A stretch of 64,000 bases of DNA, from contig NW_024704743.1 of NCBI RefSeq assembly GCF_018977255.1, forward strand, positions 80,354,001-80,418,000. Reading direction: 5' to 3'. This DNA is from Callorhinchus milii. Its lineage: Eukaryota. The notes below the pieces were generated by a model. It made no database searches. It worked only from the letters and a program-made list of their open reading frames with translations, and was not told where the DNA came from. Positions 38,449 through 52,024 of this stretch are shown piece by piece; the stretch's first letter is position 1; every line of letters begins with the position of its first letter. Made by a program: the position numbers and the translations under genes.

Positions 38449-41369
38449 TAATATTCTATAATTATTCACCAGGACTCCAGGAGAAACTCCCTTCTCTTTT
38501 TGGATAGTGCCATGAGATCTTTAACATCCACTTAAACAGGCAGACAGAACCTCGGGTTAATGTCCAATTTGAGGGTCAATAATTACTGAATACAATTACT
38601 GCTCATTCACTGACAAATATGGCAACATCAGCTTATTGAAAAATTACACTGATTAAGTTTGGAGTATAGAGTATGGTAATGATAAGTAATAAGTCCTGTG
38701 TGTCCATCAGATGCTAACAAATAATAATCTTTCCATTTCGTATAGCGCCTTTCATGTCAGAAGGCTATTTCAAAGCATTTCACAGGATTCTTCTGTAAAG
38801 TAGAATGTCAATAACACTCATATAATAATAGATATTCAACACAGAGGAAGTCAACTGACTAATTGTGTTTGTACTGGTACTGGCAACCTCATAGGACAAA
38901 TTCCACTTCCCTGGCTCTTTTCCTTTATCCTTTATTATTGATAATAAAAGGTTCATGTGTTCTGTTCCAGCACCTTGTGACGTCCTATCAACATGAAAGG
39001 TGCTATATAAATGCAATTTGTTGTTGTTGTGCCCATCTCTGTCTACTGAAAAATATAATTTTTTCATTAGAGTGCCTTCATTATTCATACTGCATGCAAA
39101 CAGATTTAAATTGCTTGACAAGACAATCCATTATTAAGTGCCTTGCTGGACCGCAAGTTCTCCTTGGAAGCAGATACCTTGTGGACCGGGGTTACCAGTA
39201 ATGCACTACACCTTCGGTTTCCAGGGCGGACCCACCGGCTTCTCACACAAAACATGGTCACTGCCAGCATCACTTCCAGTGCACTATGCATGTTCAGGAT
39301 GTGTTGCTAATGACACTTCATGAAGAGACCTCAGTCCTACTTCCTGTGCAGTGGTGCTTCCTTGTGTTTCATATACATTGCAGGAATTAATGTCGGGATG
39401 ACTGGACAACCTGGATGTCAGCATTTTGTGTTGCTTCTTTTGAACGCACATCTAAGATATCGGACCCACTTTGTTGCGGTTGCCCACCCTTTGTGTGTGA
39501 AATACTTATTACTTGTTATTTACATAAACTTTTGAAATTGGCTTTGCAAAGAGTAAGAGATCTGAGTGCTTTCACTTTGAATGGGTATTTTCATGAGGTG
39601 CGTCTTTGAAATGGTAGAGATACAACACTTGAATAGTAAAACCTTTGTACTCACTTCAGAAAACTACAACATTCAGAAGCTTCAGTTTAATGGTAAAGTA
39701 CTCATGAGAACATAACAATGGAACAAGAAAAAACCTTTTGGCCATTCAATCCTCCCGCCCACTCCCTCCACAGTCTACCAATTATTCCCTTCACATATCT
39801 ATCTCCTGAAGGAAACTATTGCAAGATCATAAGGTTGGATTGGATGAAGAAGGCCATTCAGTCCATTTGATTTCATACTTTTACTTAAGTCAAAGACCTG
39901 GAGTTTAAACAATGTCCTATCTCGTGTTCTGCACACTCTCCTCTCTCTTTTTGCAGGACAAGGATTGTGGTATATTAGCTATGTGTGGTAATAGGCAAAC
40001 TAGTTTGCATCTTGTTTCAACCTGAGTTTATGTATGTATATTGGTATGAAGTAACATGTAGTTTTGTGAAACAAAATAATTGCCCTTTGAGGAATACATT
40101 GGTGCCTATGCCTAGTGTAGCACCGGTTTATGCGCTCTATAAGGAAGGAGGAAATGGTGTTGCATAATAATCCAATTTCCATTGTAAGCTGTTATTAGAT
40201 GTATATATATATAATATGTATATATAAAATGTATATATAATATATGATGCCTTAAAAGCAACATTATTTTGATAAAAATACCAGAAAAGTATCACGTAGG
40301 CATTAACACATCATTGTAACATAGTTAATGCCATGGTTCACATCAATTGTGATACACATTATGATTGTTTTAAATTGAGAAACCTAGGTGAAAGGTCATG
40401 TCTAATTGTGCAGGTCACCACCAACTTTTAGAAGAATAGAAAGGAAGACAAATCAGTAGATAAAGTTAGCAGACATCCATCTTGATTTTTTAAGTCTCTA
40501 CTTTAGTCAGATAGGAAAACTGAAGGGAAGGAGGGAATTCCACAGTGTTTAGGTCAGAGTAAAAAATCAGTTAGAATCAGTTAGAATGCAAGACGGTGTG
40601 ATGAGTTCTAATTTCTAAACGGGGGTCCAGCACGCATGTGGTCTAAAATTCCACCTGTCCTTAGATTTATAATAATAATAATAATAATAAATACCCTTGT
40701 TTGTGATATAGGGCCTTATCACATTGTCATGATGTCTCAAAGTACTCCACAGAATTTACTGTAAAGGATAGTGACTGCGTATTTTGTAACATCAAGTGAC
40801 AGAAAACTGACTTCAAAATTAAAGACTGTATTTAAGAATTTGAAAATTCTGGACACTCTAATTTGTTCCATTAATAGAGTAAATCACAACCAGATGGGAC
40901 CTCCCAACTGGAGAAAAGAGTAGTTTGAGTATTGTGTAGGAGGTGAAACGTGCCAGGTATGGACTCAATGGGTCGTTTTTTTCCTTTCCATCCATCTTTG
41001 CAGTATACAGGGAGATGCATCAGCACAGTACAGCAATGACTATCTCACAGTGTCCCCTGTCATGGCTCAGAGCAGCACATTAGTGCAGTGAAGGAATTGA
41101 GTCTGCAGATTATCACTGCAGAGTGCCAGGCATTCTTTGCCCAATACCATCACAATGTTAATCCCTTTCAAACGTGTGAAAACTCTAAGCAGATTTAAAC
41201 CTCTTTATGGTGTGTTACACAGGAGCTGCTATGATACCAGAGCAGATATTACAACATCATTAAGAACCGGTTGTTTAAATTATACAATGTGCAATACTTT
41301 ATTTCTGCATCACACACACATTTATTAGTAAAAAAAACTTCTGTCCTTAACTTTCTTGGGGAATGTGGT

Positions 41370-41767
41370 AACCTGGCTCTTCTGGTAGCACTCTCACCTC
41401 TGAGTCAAAAGGTTGTAGGTTCAAGCTCCCCATCTGAGACTTTGAACTCACATTCTAGGCTGATACTCCATTGCATTGCTGGGGAAGAGGTGCATTGTCT
41501 GAGGTACCATATGTAGATAAGATGTTACCCTGATATCTGCTTTTCGGTTAGATGTTACAGATCCCATGACACAGTTCAAAAACAGAGGGGAAGTTTCTCC
41601 CAGTGTTCTGGCCAACAATCCCACAGATAAAATTAGGTTATTTCTTGACTGTGTGCAAATTGGCTACTTTGTTCGCCTACAAAATACACAATCATGCAGT
41701 TCACAATAAATTCTGTGAAACACTTTGAGACATCCTCCCAATGTGAAAGGCGTTACATGAAATGTAA
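41370..41767 (+). mobile_element. DeuSINE (SacSINE1-like)
   Basis: GGTAGCACTCTCACCTCTGAGTCAAAAGGTTGTAGGTTCAAG head, Deu body and L2-type tail. Confidence 0.8.
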
Positions 41768-43555
41768 TGGGAAAAAATATTTTTGTTTCAGTGTAACTGT
41801 GTTGATGCTTCATTGATATTCACTGCTTCCAATACTTTGAACCTATCTATTGCTATCAGTGCTTTGGATTACTTCAATAAGATGATTCTTAACTGTCCCT
41901 CAATGCTTGTGTTAGAATTGGAAATGTGAGGAGGGAATTCCTGCCACAAGATAGCAGGGATCCAAACTTTCTAAAACATTTGATCTATACTTTTGAGTGT
42001 GACTCAGCCCCAGCAGACCACGTTCACTAACAAATACGGGTTTCAAATATAGGAGGCGTGTTCGAAAGGACTAAGGACCTTGCTGACAATTGCAAAGTTA
42101 TTACAAACCCATTGCAACCTATGTAGATCATGTAGCAATATGGAGAACCATGGGAGAACAATTAAATTTTTTTAAAGTTCAAAAAAGGTAGTGGAAGTGA
42201 AAAGTGTCATATTTCATAATAGATTTGCACGGCAAACAATGTCAGGCCTCATATCTCCTGTTCTTCAAAAAGGAGTGGGAGATGGCAGGTCTGATCTTGA
42301 GCTGAAATTCCGGTCAGTGTTTTATACATATAGTATTTGGTGATGTGGGTCACCAATTAAATTTCCCCCATTATAATCATGTAGGACCAAAGGTAACATC
42401 TATCAGAATCTCTGGGCAACTTTTCCCAGCCGTGAAGGCACTGATTTACTCTCTGGGCAATATACACTGTAGGCCTTAATACCTTTTGCCACACAGCATT
42501 GCTTGCAGTTATAACCTTTCAGGAGAATAATGACATTTTATGCCACTATAATTACTTCCAGATCGAACTGCAAAATAATCGGACATTGGTGTCACAAACA
42601 TATTTTTTTATTATCTATTTTTATATATTTTATTCTGTCCAGTCAGCTAAGTGTTGTTGGCTAGTGATAATCTACAGCGAAGCATGTCCCATCACTGCAA
42701 ACTGATGGAGAAAATGTTATGTGACACAGCTTCGATGGAGAGAGTTCTCAGCATCTGCAGCTGATTTACATGTATAAGTGCCTTTAATCACAGTGAAGCA
42801 GCACTGTGGGAAGAACAGTCACCAAAGCCGTTGCCAAGACAACTTATCCCTGGACTTAGCATTCTAATAAAAGATCCTGCTACTCATGTAATTAGCTAAT
42901 ACGCCTGGACCACAGCTGCCAATATTATGCATTTTTTAGTTGAAATCTTTTGAGAAAGACCTTTCATTAAGACTCAGTCTTTTGAAACCTATCTCTTGTT
43001 CCTTTGTGGTATCTTTAGAGGTGTTATTAGAGATGGCTTCATAATCACATTGAGTCAAGAAGGAGCTGATTTGAGTGTGTAAGAATAACCTGCTACCTTG
43101 TAATCTTGGCTATCGAGGACATGTTGCACAATCCCTCTCCCCTGCTAGTCTTGAAGATCCATAGCCTCAAGCCAAGATAAGACAACCTATCTCAAGCCAC
43201 AAAAAAACTATGTTTTACTCCAAACTTGCTACATTGGCCCAAATACCAGCCACTGCTCTCATTATCTTTATTAGCACCATAAGAAAGCCTCACTGTTCAA
43301 CCTTACAACACTTTTGGTATTTCAGTACCCAGTTTATTTTGCTGAAATCAAAGCAATATCTTTTTGAGAAGTAGAACAGAGAATTTTGTGGATTCCTAAC
43401 TAAACATAGTCACATAGCTCCAAACATCAGTTGTTTGAAATACATCCCATAACCAGCTCTCAAATAACCTTAAAAAAGGTTCCATTAGGGCCACTCAGGA
43501 ATTTGTAAGGGACCATTTCACAGCCGAGTTATTGTGATCAGTGTTTGAGTGTAGA

Positions 43556-43825
43556 TAATAATAATATTAACCCTTGCATTTGATATAACGACTTATTCAT
43601 GGCCAAAATGTCTCATCAGCGCTTCTTAAGATTTACTGCAAAGTATAGTGAAGGTATTTTGTAGGCAAACACAGTAGTCAATTTTACACAGCAATGTCCC
43701 ACAAACAGCCATTGAGTGATTGACCAGTTTTATTTGGTGGATTGTTGGTCAGTTCACCTGGAGAAACTCTCTTCTCTTTTCGGATAGTGCCATGGGATCT
43801 TTAGCATCCACCTGGATAGGCAGAG
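43556..43825 (-). mobile_element. DeuSINE 3' part
   Basis: TAGTGCCATGGGATCTTTAGCATCCACCTG, CAGCAATGTCCCACAAACAGC and a (TAA)n tail. Confidence 0.78.
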
Positions 43826-44400
43826 TCAGGCTGAGTGGCCTGTTTTCATGCTGTGTTATATAACCTTGTGTAAAGAAAGAAATTGAGGATGTTAAGCAGT
43901 AGGCAAGAGGGTAGAGACATTTTTCAAGCTAGTGTTAGCACAAACTGTGCACAAATCATGCCAAAGCTGGTGGGGGGGTTGTTCAGTTCTACGGCCAGTC
44001 TTTAGGAATGGATGGAAGAATGCAATGGAGTAAAATTCTATCCCCTTCCCATCCCCCGCTGCTCATAACACGATGGTAAAGTATCAGCACTCTAAGATGT
44101 TATTTCATGTGAAGGGTGCTATATATATGCAAGCTGTTGTTGTAGAGTCTTAGTTAATCCCTGCTCTCAACTCTATTTTAATGCTAACTAATAGTATTAT
44201 GGACTCGGGTAAAGGGAGTACAATTTCCAAGTTTGCAGATGATACTAAGCTAGGAAAAGTAGTAAATAGTGAGGAGGATAGTAGTAGACTGCAAATGGAC
44301 ATAGACAGACTTGTAAAATGGGCAGACACGTGGCAGATGAAGTTTAATGTGGAGAAATGCAAAGTGATGCATTTTGGGAGGAAGGATGAGGAGAGACAAT

Positions 44401-44722
44401 ATAATAATAATAATAATAATCCTTGCATTTGATATAGCGCTCTTCACGTTGGGAGGACGTCCCAAAGCGCTTCACAGAACACACTGTAAAGTGAATTGAC
44501 TGTATATTTGTGGGCGAACGCGGCAGCCAATTGCGCACAGCAATGTCCCACTAACAGTCGTAGATTTAAAATGACCAATTTATTATTGTTTTTGGTTTTG
44601 GAGGGATTATTATTAGGCATGTGGAGTAAGGAAACTTGCCCAAGGTTTCGCCCTGCCTGGAATTGAACTCAGGTCTCTCGCTTGCAAAGCGAGTGCTCTA
44701 ACCACTGAGCTACAGGACTCCA
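44401..44722 (-). mobile_element. Type A SINE
   Basis: Full-length inverse copy; putative TSD AATATAA at 44398-44404 and 44723-44729. Confidence 0.92.
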
Positions 44723-44746
44723 AATATAAGCTGATGGTACAATCTT

Positions 44747-45370
44747 GTGGAGTCCTGTAGCTCAGTGGTTAGAGCACTCGCTTTGCAAGTGAGAGACCTG
44801 AGTTCAATTCCAGGCAGGGCGAAACCTTGGGCAAGTTTCCTTACTCCACACGCCTAATAATAATCTCTCCAAAACCAAAAACAATAATAAATTGGTCATT
44901 TTCAATCTACGACTGTTTGTGGGACATTGCTGCGCGCAATTGGCTGCCGCGTTCGCCCACAAATATACAGTCAATTCACTTTACAGTGTGTTCTGTGAAG
45001 CGCTTTGGGACGTCCTCCCGACGTGAAAAGCGCTATATCAAATGCAAGGATTATTATTATTATTATTATTACAGAGTCCTGTAGCTCAGTGGTTAGAGCA
45101 CTCACCTCTCAAGCGAGAGACCTGGGTTCGATTCCCTGCAGGGCAAAACCTTGGGCAAGTTTCCTTACTTCACACGCCTAATAATAATCCCTCAAGAAAA
45201 AAAAACAATAATAAATTGGTCACTTCAATTCACGACTGTTTGTGGGACATTGCTGTGCGCAATTGGCTGCCGCGTTCGCCCACAAATATACAGTCAATTC
45301 ACTTTACAGTGTGTTCTGTGAAGCGCTTTGGGACGTCCTCCTGACGTGAGGATTATTATTATTATTATTA
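44747..45370 (+). mobile_element. Tandem SINE dimer (A + B/A hybrid)
   Basis: Two heads (44747 and ~45074); ATCTT flanks the whole unit (44742-44746 and 45370-45374). Confidence 0.92.
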
Positions 45371-46629
45371 TCTTAAAGTGGGTGAAGGAACAGAGAGAGC
45401 TGGGGGTTCACATAAGTAAATCTTTGAAGGTGGCAGCACAGGTAGATTAACACCTGTGACACCACACTTTCCTTTGGAAATTCCAGATATAAATGTCTTC
45501 CAGCTGCTCAGTCAACCAGTTCTCATAACATCATAAATAAGAACATCGTAAGATCATATTCAACAGTGCACATAGGCCGACACCAGACTGATTTAGTGTA
45601 CAATGTTGCAAGTAAGGTGTCTTCCATTCTCTGTCTGCGTATTCATAGATATTTCACAGATCACTGTGTCTAAATTACACAAAGGCAATGCTGAATGCCT
45701 TTTGTATTTGTTATTCATTGTTGTTCAACAACTTCAACCATGTGCCCCCACTGGGCTGAAAACAGCATTTGTTGCATTCCGTTTAAATCAGGTAGTCCTG
45801 TGATGGAGCACTTGCCTGGCTTCATAAATCTCCAGTATCCAGCTAGATTATACGCCCCTTGGGCCTGTATTAGTACACAATGCCTTGAACCTATGAAGCA
45901 ACCCACTTTGTTCTTCAGGAAAGTACCTTTGTTTTTCAGAGAGGAAAACAAAAGAAGGATTTTATCAACAGGATATCATGTCCTGGTGTGGAGCGATGTA
46001 TTGTTCACAATGCTGGAGTCAGTCTTGCGGAGGACGTTCAAACCTTTTGAGGTTGTTGGTGCTGCACCCTCTCTTTGGAAAATGTTAGATTTAAAGGTCT
46101 GGCAGCAGATCAGTCAAATAGTTCTGATAACATCGCAAGCAAGAGTGAACAGTGTATGGTGAAAGAGCAGTGAAATGGTATTACAATTGGTAGCTCCAGT
46201 GAGGAAGCTAATTATAATAATACAATACAACTTTCATCTCTATAGTGCCTTTCACATCAGCAGGTCCGCTCAAAGTTCTTCACAAGATTTACTAGCATAC
46301 ACAGACTGTGTACTGTATTTTATAGGTGAGTGCTAATATAATGCAGGCATAGTGGGTCAAATTGCAGCCTCTTTCTCTGCTGAATTGGAGTAAGAAATGA
46401 TGTGACATTTATCTTCCCTGCCCTTGGTCTTGGTATAATGATTGTACCCCAACACAAAGCCAGCACTTTGAGATGTCCTCCCGACATGAAAGGCGCTCTC
46501 TAAATGTAACTTTGTTGTTGTTGTTGTGTTGTTCCACATTTCATTTGGAGAGCAGCTTCTCACTGTAACTAAACATAGGATACCAGCTTAACCACACTTA
46601 CCTGTCAATCAACGGAGCTTGCCAACCCA

Positions 46630-46990
46630 TAAGAGGGCTTTTCAATCTTTAGAGAAGATGCATCAATGGGGACCTCGTGGAGATACACAACGTTTTAAAT
46701 GAGGTTTAGAAAGTAAACCAAGATTTGACATTAGGATGCACCTTACCTTAACCTTACTCTTTCTTTAGAATACTTTAGAACGCACCAAGATGGAAAACCA
46801 AGAGGAAATAGGCTTACGATTGTAAAAATTGCAAGTTTTTCTTCACTCAGAGGATACTAAATGACTGCTAGGAAAAGGGGTAAAGATCAGCACACGAGAC
46901 TCATTTAAAAAGCAGCTTGATGCAGTGATGAGGGAACAGGTGGTGGGTGTTTTGCAGGGATGAGATCAGATATGCCAAAGGGAATGGCAT
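46630..46990 (+). mobile_element. Old CR1 3' fragment
   Basis: Degenerate landmarks GGGCTTTTCAATCTTTAGAGAAGA...GGGGACCT...TCATTTAAAAAGCAGCTTGATG. Confidence 0.5.
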
Positions 46991-47169
46991 AAGTTCACAG
47001 GTTCATTCAGATCAATCTTGTAAACTTATGACTGGCATCCACCATGCTGAAACCATAGATCTCTGCTCTCATGTGCAACCATCAAAAGAGATTTCACGGT
47101 TATTAAATGAAACTGACTTAATTTAATCGTTTTTCTTCTCCACAGTATTGTAAAGCCTCTATTCAGCCC

Positions 47170-47360
47170 AAATAATAATATATAATAATCCTTGCATTTG
47201 ATAGCGCCTTATCACGTTTTCAAGATGTCTGAAAGCGCTTCACAGAATATAATGTAAAGTGAATTGACTGTATATTTTGTAGGCAAAATGCGGCAGCCAC
47301 AGCAGTGTCCCACAAACAGTCGTGGATTGAGTTGATCAATTTTTTTAAGGAATTATTTTG
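47170..47360 (-). mobile_element. SINE 3' half
   Basis: (TAA)n, CCTTGCATTTGATA and GTAAAGTGAATTGACTGTAT. Confidence 0.8.
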
Positions 47361-47574
47361 AAGAAATAAACAGTAGCCTATTTTTATCAAACACATGCTG
47401 GGTATTAAAGCAGTGTTCTGCAAATAAGCGAGCTATTGTACCTCCTGTGGGCGAGGTAAGCGGTGTCTCCTTGGAGCTGAGCTGGTGCCAAAGTAATGTG
47501 GCTTGGCCAGAGAATATCAGAATCGTGTTCACCCTCCATGAAAGTCTTTATAATAATAATAATCCTTTTAAATA

Positions 47575-47985
47575 GTGTCAAGGGTCCACTTGAACAGGTA
47601 CAGACTCATTCTGTAACACTACTTCAGTGAGCGAGAAGTAAAGGTATGGAAGAGGCTCCCTAGGGAGCCGGTGGAAGCAGAAAGTGTCAATTCATTCAAA
47701 AACAAATTAGTTAGATTTCTGTCAGAAAATTTCTGTTGCGATATAATAAATAGTTTGGGACAAAGCATGTCATGTGACTGCCAGGGTGGTAGAAAGCAAA
47801 CTGGATGGACCTTGTTCTTCTTTCGCCTAGCAAATTCTTATATTCTTCTATCTGTCTCATTGAAGGACGGCACTTCCAACACTGCAGCACGCCCCCAGCA
47901 CTACATTGAAGTGCCAGCCTGGACTGTGAGCTCAAAGTCCCGACGTGTGGGCTTGAACCCATAACCTTCTGACTCAGAGGTGGGA
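47575..47985. mobile_element. CR1 3' end (plus, ~47575-47840) adjoining a DeuSINE 5' half (minus, ~47850-47985)
   Basis: ORF EAESVNSFKNKLVRFL; GGCTTGAACCCATAACCTTCTGACTCAGAGG. Confidence 0.7.
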
Positions 47986-48294
47986 ATCAAGGTGTAGTCT
48001 AGCATTGCACATTTGGTGACAGGGATTTAGACATTATTATCAAGCATGCTTTCCTCCGGACTCTACCGTTGTGCTGGATGTGAAGTGCAGGCAAAGAGCG
48101 GTTGTCCATAACTGTCCAACAGAGGAAATTAGCCCCGTTCAATACCATATTCCTCGTAATCGATACAACACTGCAAATCATACCCCCCCACCCCCACCAA
48201 CATTTAAATTTAACAGTTCAGTTCAGGATCCTGTTTCTTTAGGGGAATTTATTAGTAAATCCAACAATTTGTGAATATATTCCAATACCTATAC

Positions 48295-48950
48295 TAATAA
48301 TAATAATAATGATAATAATAATAATAATCTTCGCATTTGATTATAGTGTTTTTCGTACCTTCTAGACATCTCAAAATGCTTCACAGAATATACTGTAAAG
48401 TGAATTGACTGTATATTTGTGGGCAAAACGCGGTAGCGAATTGTGCACAGCAGCATCCCACAAACAGTCGTGGATTGAAGTGACCAATTTATTATTGTTT
48501 TTTTTTCTTGAGGGATTATTATTAGGCGTGTGAAGTAAGGAAACTTGCCCAAGGTTTTGCCCTGCAGGGAATCGAACCCAGGTCTCTCGCTTGAGAGGTG
48601 AGTGCTCTAACCACTGAGCTACAGGACTCTGTAATAATAATAATAATAATAATCCTTGCATTTGATATAGCGCTTTTCACGTCGGGAGGACGTCCCAAAG
48701 CGCTTCACAGAACACACTGTAAAGTGAATTGACTGTATATTTGTGGGCGAACGCGGCAGACAATTGCGCGCAGCAATGTCCCACAAACAGTCGTAGATTG
48801 AAAATGACCAATTTATTATTGTTTTTGGTTTTGGAGGGATTATTATTAGGCGTGTGGAGTAAGGAAACTTGCCCAAGGTTTCGCCCTGCCTGGAATTGAA
48901 CTCAGGTCTCTCACTTGCAAAGCGAGTGCTCTAACCACTGAGCTACAGGA
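48295..48950 (-). mobile_element. Tandem SINE dimer (young A upstream of older B)
   Basis: Heads at ~48950 and ~48628; in element orientation ATTATTACAG flanks both ends of the A unit. Confidence 0.92.
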
Positions 48951-49866
48951 CTGTAATAATCATACTGCAACAATAATAATCATTACACATTTCAAAGTAC
49001 TTTACGGGTTATATTGTAAAGCAGAGAGACTGTGTGCTTGTGGGAGAATGTGCTGGTGGTATTTGTTCCCTGGAGTATTTTGCCAGAACATCTTCCCCCC
49101 AAAACTTTCCTTTCTGTTTGTTTCATTTTCAATGAACAAAACACTGGTCTCCAATGTTATAATGCATTCTGCTTTGATTAGCAGAAGAATATCAAGGGTC
49201 AAAGAAAATCTCAACATAAATGTGCATTTCTTGTGATTTGTCTGATAATAAGAAAGTGGATTTCTACACATCATCTCTTCAAAATGAGCTTTTCTTGAAG
49301 CTGCATTACATTAGAACATCAAATAAGCAAAGTATTGATATTTTAAATCAATTTGCAGCTCTGCAAAAAAAACAGTTCAGTTTTAGCTCCTTTCAATAGT
49401 CCGCTGCGCTGGTAAATTAGTGCTGATCCCTGCGGTCATTGTGTGGAAACTTTTTTTTAATGATTTTTTTTACAATAAAATCCCAGAGACTGACGGGAGC
49501 AGGTTTTATAAAGAACGTCAGTCACAAAGATATGAAGAGTCCATGCATTAACAAAAGGTATAAGCTCACTGTGACTCAATGAGACTCCCTCTCTGCTTTC
49601 AAAACCTGTCAAAAATCTTTCCTCTTTGACTGCATCTTCAGCTACCACCAACCAGCCCCCACCTCCCATCTCTTATCCAGCTTGGGTTCCCATTCCATCT
49701 TTATAAAACACATTGAGATATTCTCCTATGTGAAAGATGGTATCTAATATTTGTTGTTGTTGACCCTCAGTTGGTGCGATCAGCTGAAACTAAGCCTGCG
49801 CTAACGTAAAATAATGTGGAGAGCTATTTTTAGTTGAGGGCAGCTGTTGGGGGAGGTTACATTGCT

Positions 49867-50060
49867 GTGGAGTTCAGTAGCTCACTGGTTAGAGCACTTG
49901 CCTCACAAGTGAGAGACATGGGTTTGATTTCCAGCAGGGCAAAATGTCAGGCAAATTTCCTTACTCCACATGCCTCTGTTTACCTAGCAGTAAGTAGGTA
50001 CCCAGTTGTTAGTCAATTGGCCGATCGCTTTTCTGGGGTTAATAATTCCTTCAACAAAAA
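49867..50060 (+). mobile_element. SINE long variant, 5' half
   Basis: Head plus TCCTTACTCCACATGCCTCTGTTTACCTAGCAGTAAGTAGGTACCC...GATCGCTTTTCTGGGG. Confidence 0.82.
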
Positions 50061-52024
50061 AATTATAAATGTATGAGAATGAATTACCTAAAACTCTAAA
50101 ATGGAGTTTAGAATTTTAAGTAATTGGCTAAATTACCTAAAATGTCACATTTAAATGTATACAGTGTTTGGTAATTCACTCTTTGCCAAACAAGTAATTA
50201 CAGTCTCGATGTTCTCTCTCCAATACTTCATTGCTTTGTTTATCTCAGTTGCTCTTGTGTACTCACTAATAGGTTGAAATCACCTCACATAAAACAATAG
50301 TCAGGTGAGAATATTTTCAAAAGAATTGAAATGAAAGTAATTGATGGCAATTTTCTCTTTTTCTATTTCCCATTAACACCACCAAGCTATATTTTCATTT
50401 TGACTCAAAAGAAAAAAAAAGTCACTTGCCATCTTTCATTAACCAAGCCTCTCTCAGTCTGTATCATTTGTCACCACATTTGGTTTGACTGTTCTAAAGA
50501 ACTGATGTGAGCATCCATTTACTTTCAGCCAAGGTGGAGGAATAAGCACAGGTCAGTGAGTGCAATGCTACCTCCAGTGATTAGAAGAAAATGCAAAAAC
50601 AATAAGAAAGTAGGGAGGAAAGAAAAAACATCAAGCCCATTAACCCCCAAAGGCTATTCCATGATGGATGTCACCATTCTATAACCTGGGAAATGTGTTG
50701 CATCGGTACTTCCAGAACCCCAAATGCAATCAGGCAATAGCTCTAGAATATCTCTCTCTTTCTCTCTCCCTCCCTCCCTCCCTCCACAGAGGACATTGTT
50801 CCCCCATCCCCCACCCCCCCACAATCCATTGGCAGCACAGAAATCATTGTGTTCCATGCTCTTCTGCTTCACCTCACTCTGCATGTAGTCCTATATCCTC
50901 CAAAACTGTTCTCAAGGAAATGCCTGTTTAGTTACTTTTTTGAAAGAGCTAATTGGGCAAATAGATTTAAAGGACAAAGAGCAACTTGTGATCCAGTCAT
51001 TAATTATTCTCTGGGTAACCAATTGCATCATGGTGTCTGTCCTGAAATTGCCCAATGCCAATCTAAACTTATGCTCTTTTATTCAACTGTGTTGGTGCAT
51101 CCAGGTTTACATTTTCAACCCTATTTAAAAATGTATCATCTCTACGAGATCCCTTCTGAGTTGTCTTCTCTCAAGACTGCAAATAATCCCAGCAACCGCA
51201 GCAATTGGTGGAACTACAATTGGTGTTAGCACCCTGGGATGAAAATCTGCCAGCATTCTTGCATGGACCACTATCGAAAGACTCCTGCTTTTTTGAGTGA
51301 AGACCAGATCAGGTTTGGTTGGCCCATTGCCATCAGACAGCCAACACTTGTACATTCAAGCCTGACCATATGAAAAATGCCCACTTTGGCAAGGTACAGG
51401 AATTGAATACCTATAGGGAGAAAACAACTAAAAAGTCTTTAAGAAAAAGAAGCAGTAGAAAATTGGAGGAGAAAAAAAGATGGAACAATAAAAGAAAATG
51501 AACGAAAAATAGATTTGCCATGACCCAACAAAAAGTCAGAGCACATTGTCAGAGTAAATTGTCTACTTTTCCAACCCTCTTCATTGCTCAGCAAGGACAA
51601 ACTTTGATAGAAGTGTACTCCACATCTCCACCATTCTATGGGGAACAAAATCTTTATTAGAGCGCTGAACTCTTGTCGACAAGTTACAGAGTTCATATCC
51701 TAAGTGTGATGATCATTTGAACTTGATTTGTCTTCAATTGCAGCTCTCCCTGCTTCATGAGGTGAGGCACTTCATAGCAGTGAAAGATACTCTCAACGGA
51801 GGAAAAACTGACAAAACTAGTTTATCCTCTGTAGAAGAACACTTCCTATCAGTCATCTAATAAGCAATGGATACGGTGGAGAATTATATGGCTGAGCCCA
51901 TCTAATGGACAGCTGTAGGATATGGCACAGTATGGTTGAGGGAGAAGGAGAGAGAAAATGAATAAAGAAAAGCTACATTTAAAAGGTACTAATTATAATT
52001 AATGTAATGAAAGAAAGATAGAAA

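Larger units (their letters stand above)
44146..45450 (+). mobile_element. CR1 RT fragment hosting three SINE units
   Basis: ORF ISKFADDTKLG...WADTWQMKFNVEKCKVMHFGRK; CR1 continues in the 24-bp spacer 44723-44746 and again after 45371 (GAACAGAGAGAGCTGGGGGTT). Confidence 0.9.

Noticed and set aside
39120..39320. Locally GC-richer stretch with open frames
   Set aside because: No recognisable protein and no convincing splice-site pair.
44747..44825. tRNA-Ala(TGC)-like gene (also at the other SINE heads)
   Set aside because: A and B boxes are present, but there is no proper acceptor stem and the sequence always continues into SINE body and tail.
45695..46162. 155-aa non-repeat ORF and a possible minus-strand terminal exon (TFKSNIFQREG...)
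   Set aside because: No recognisable domain and no partner exons; cannot be supported without homology or RNA data.
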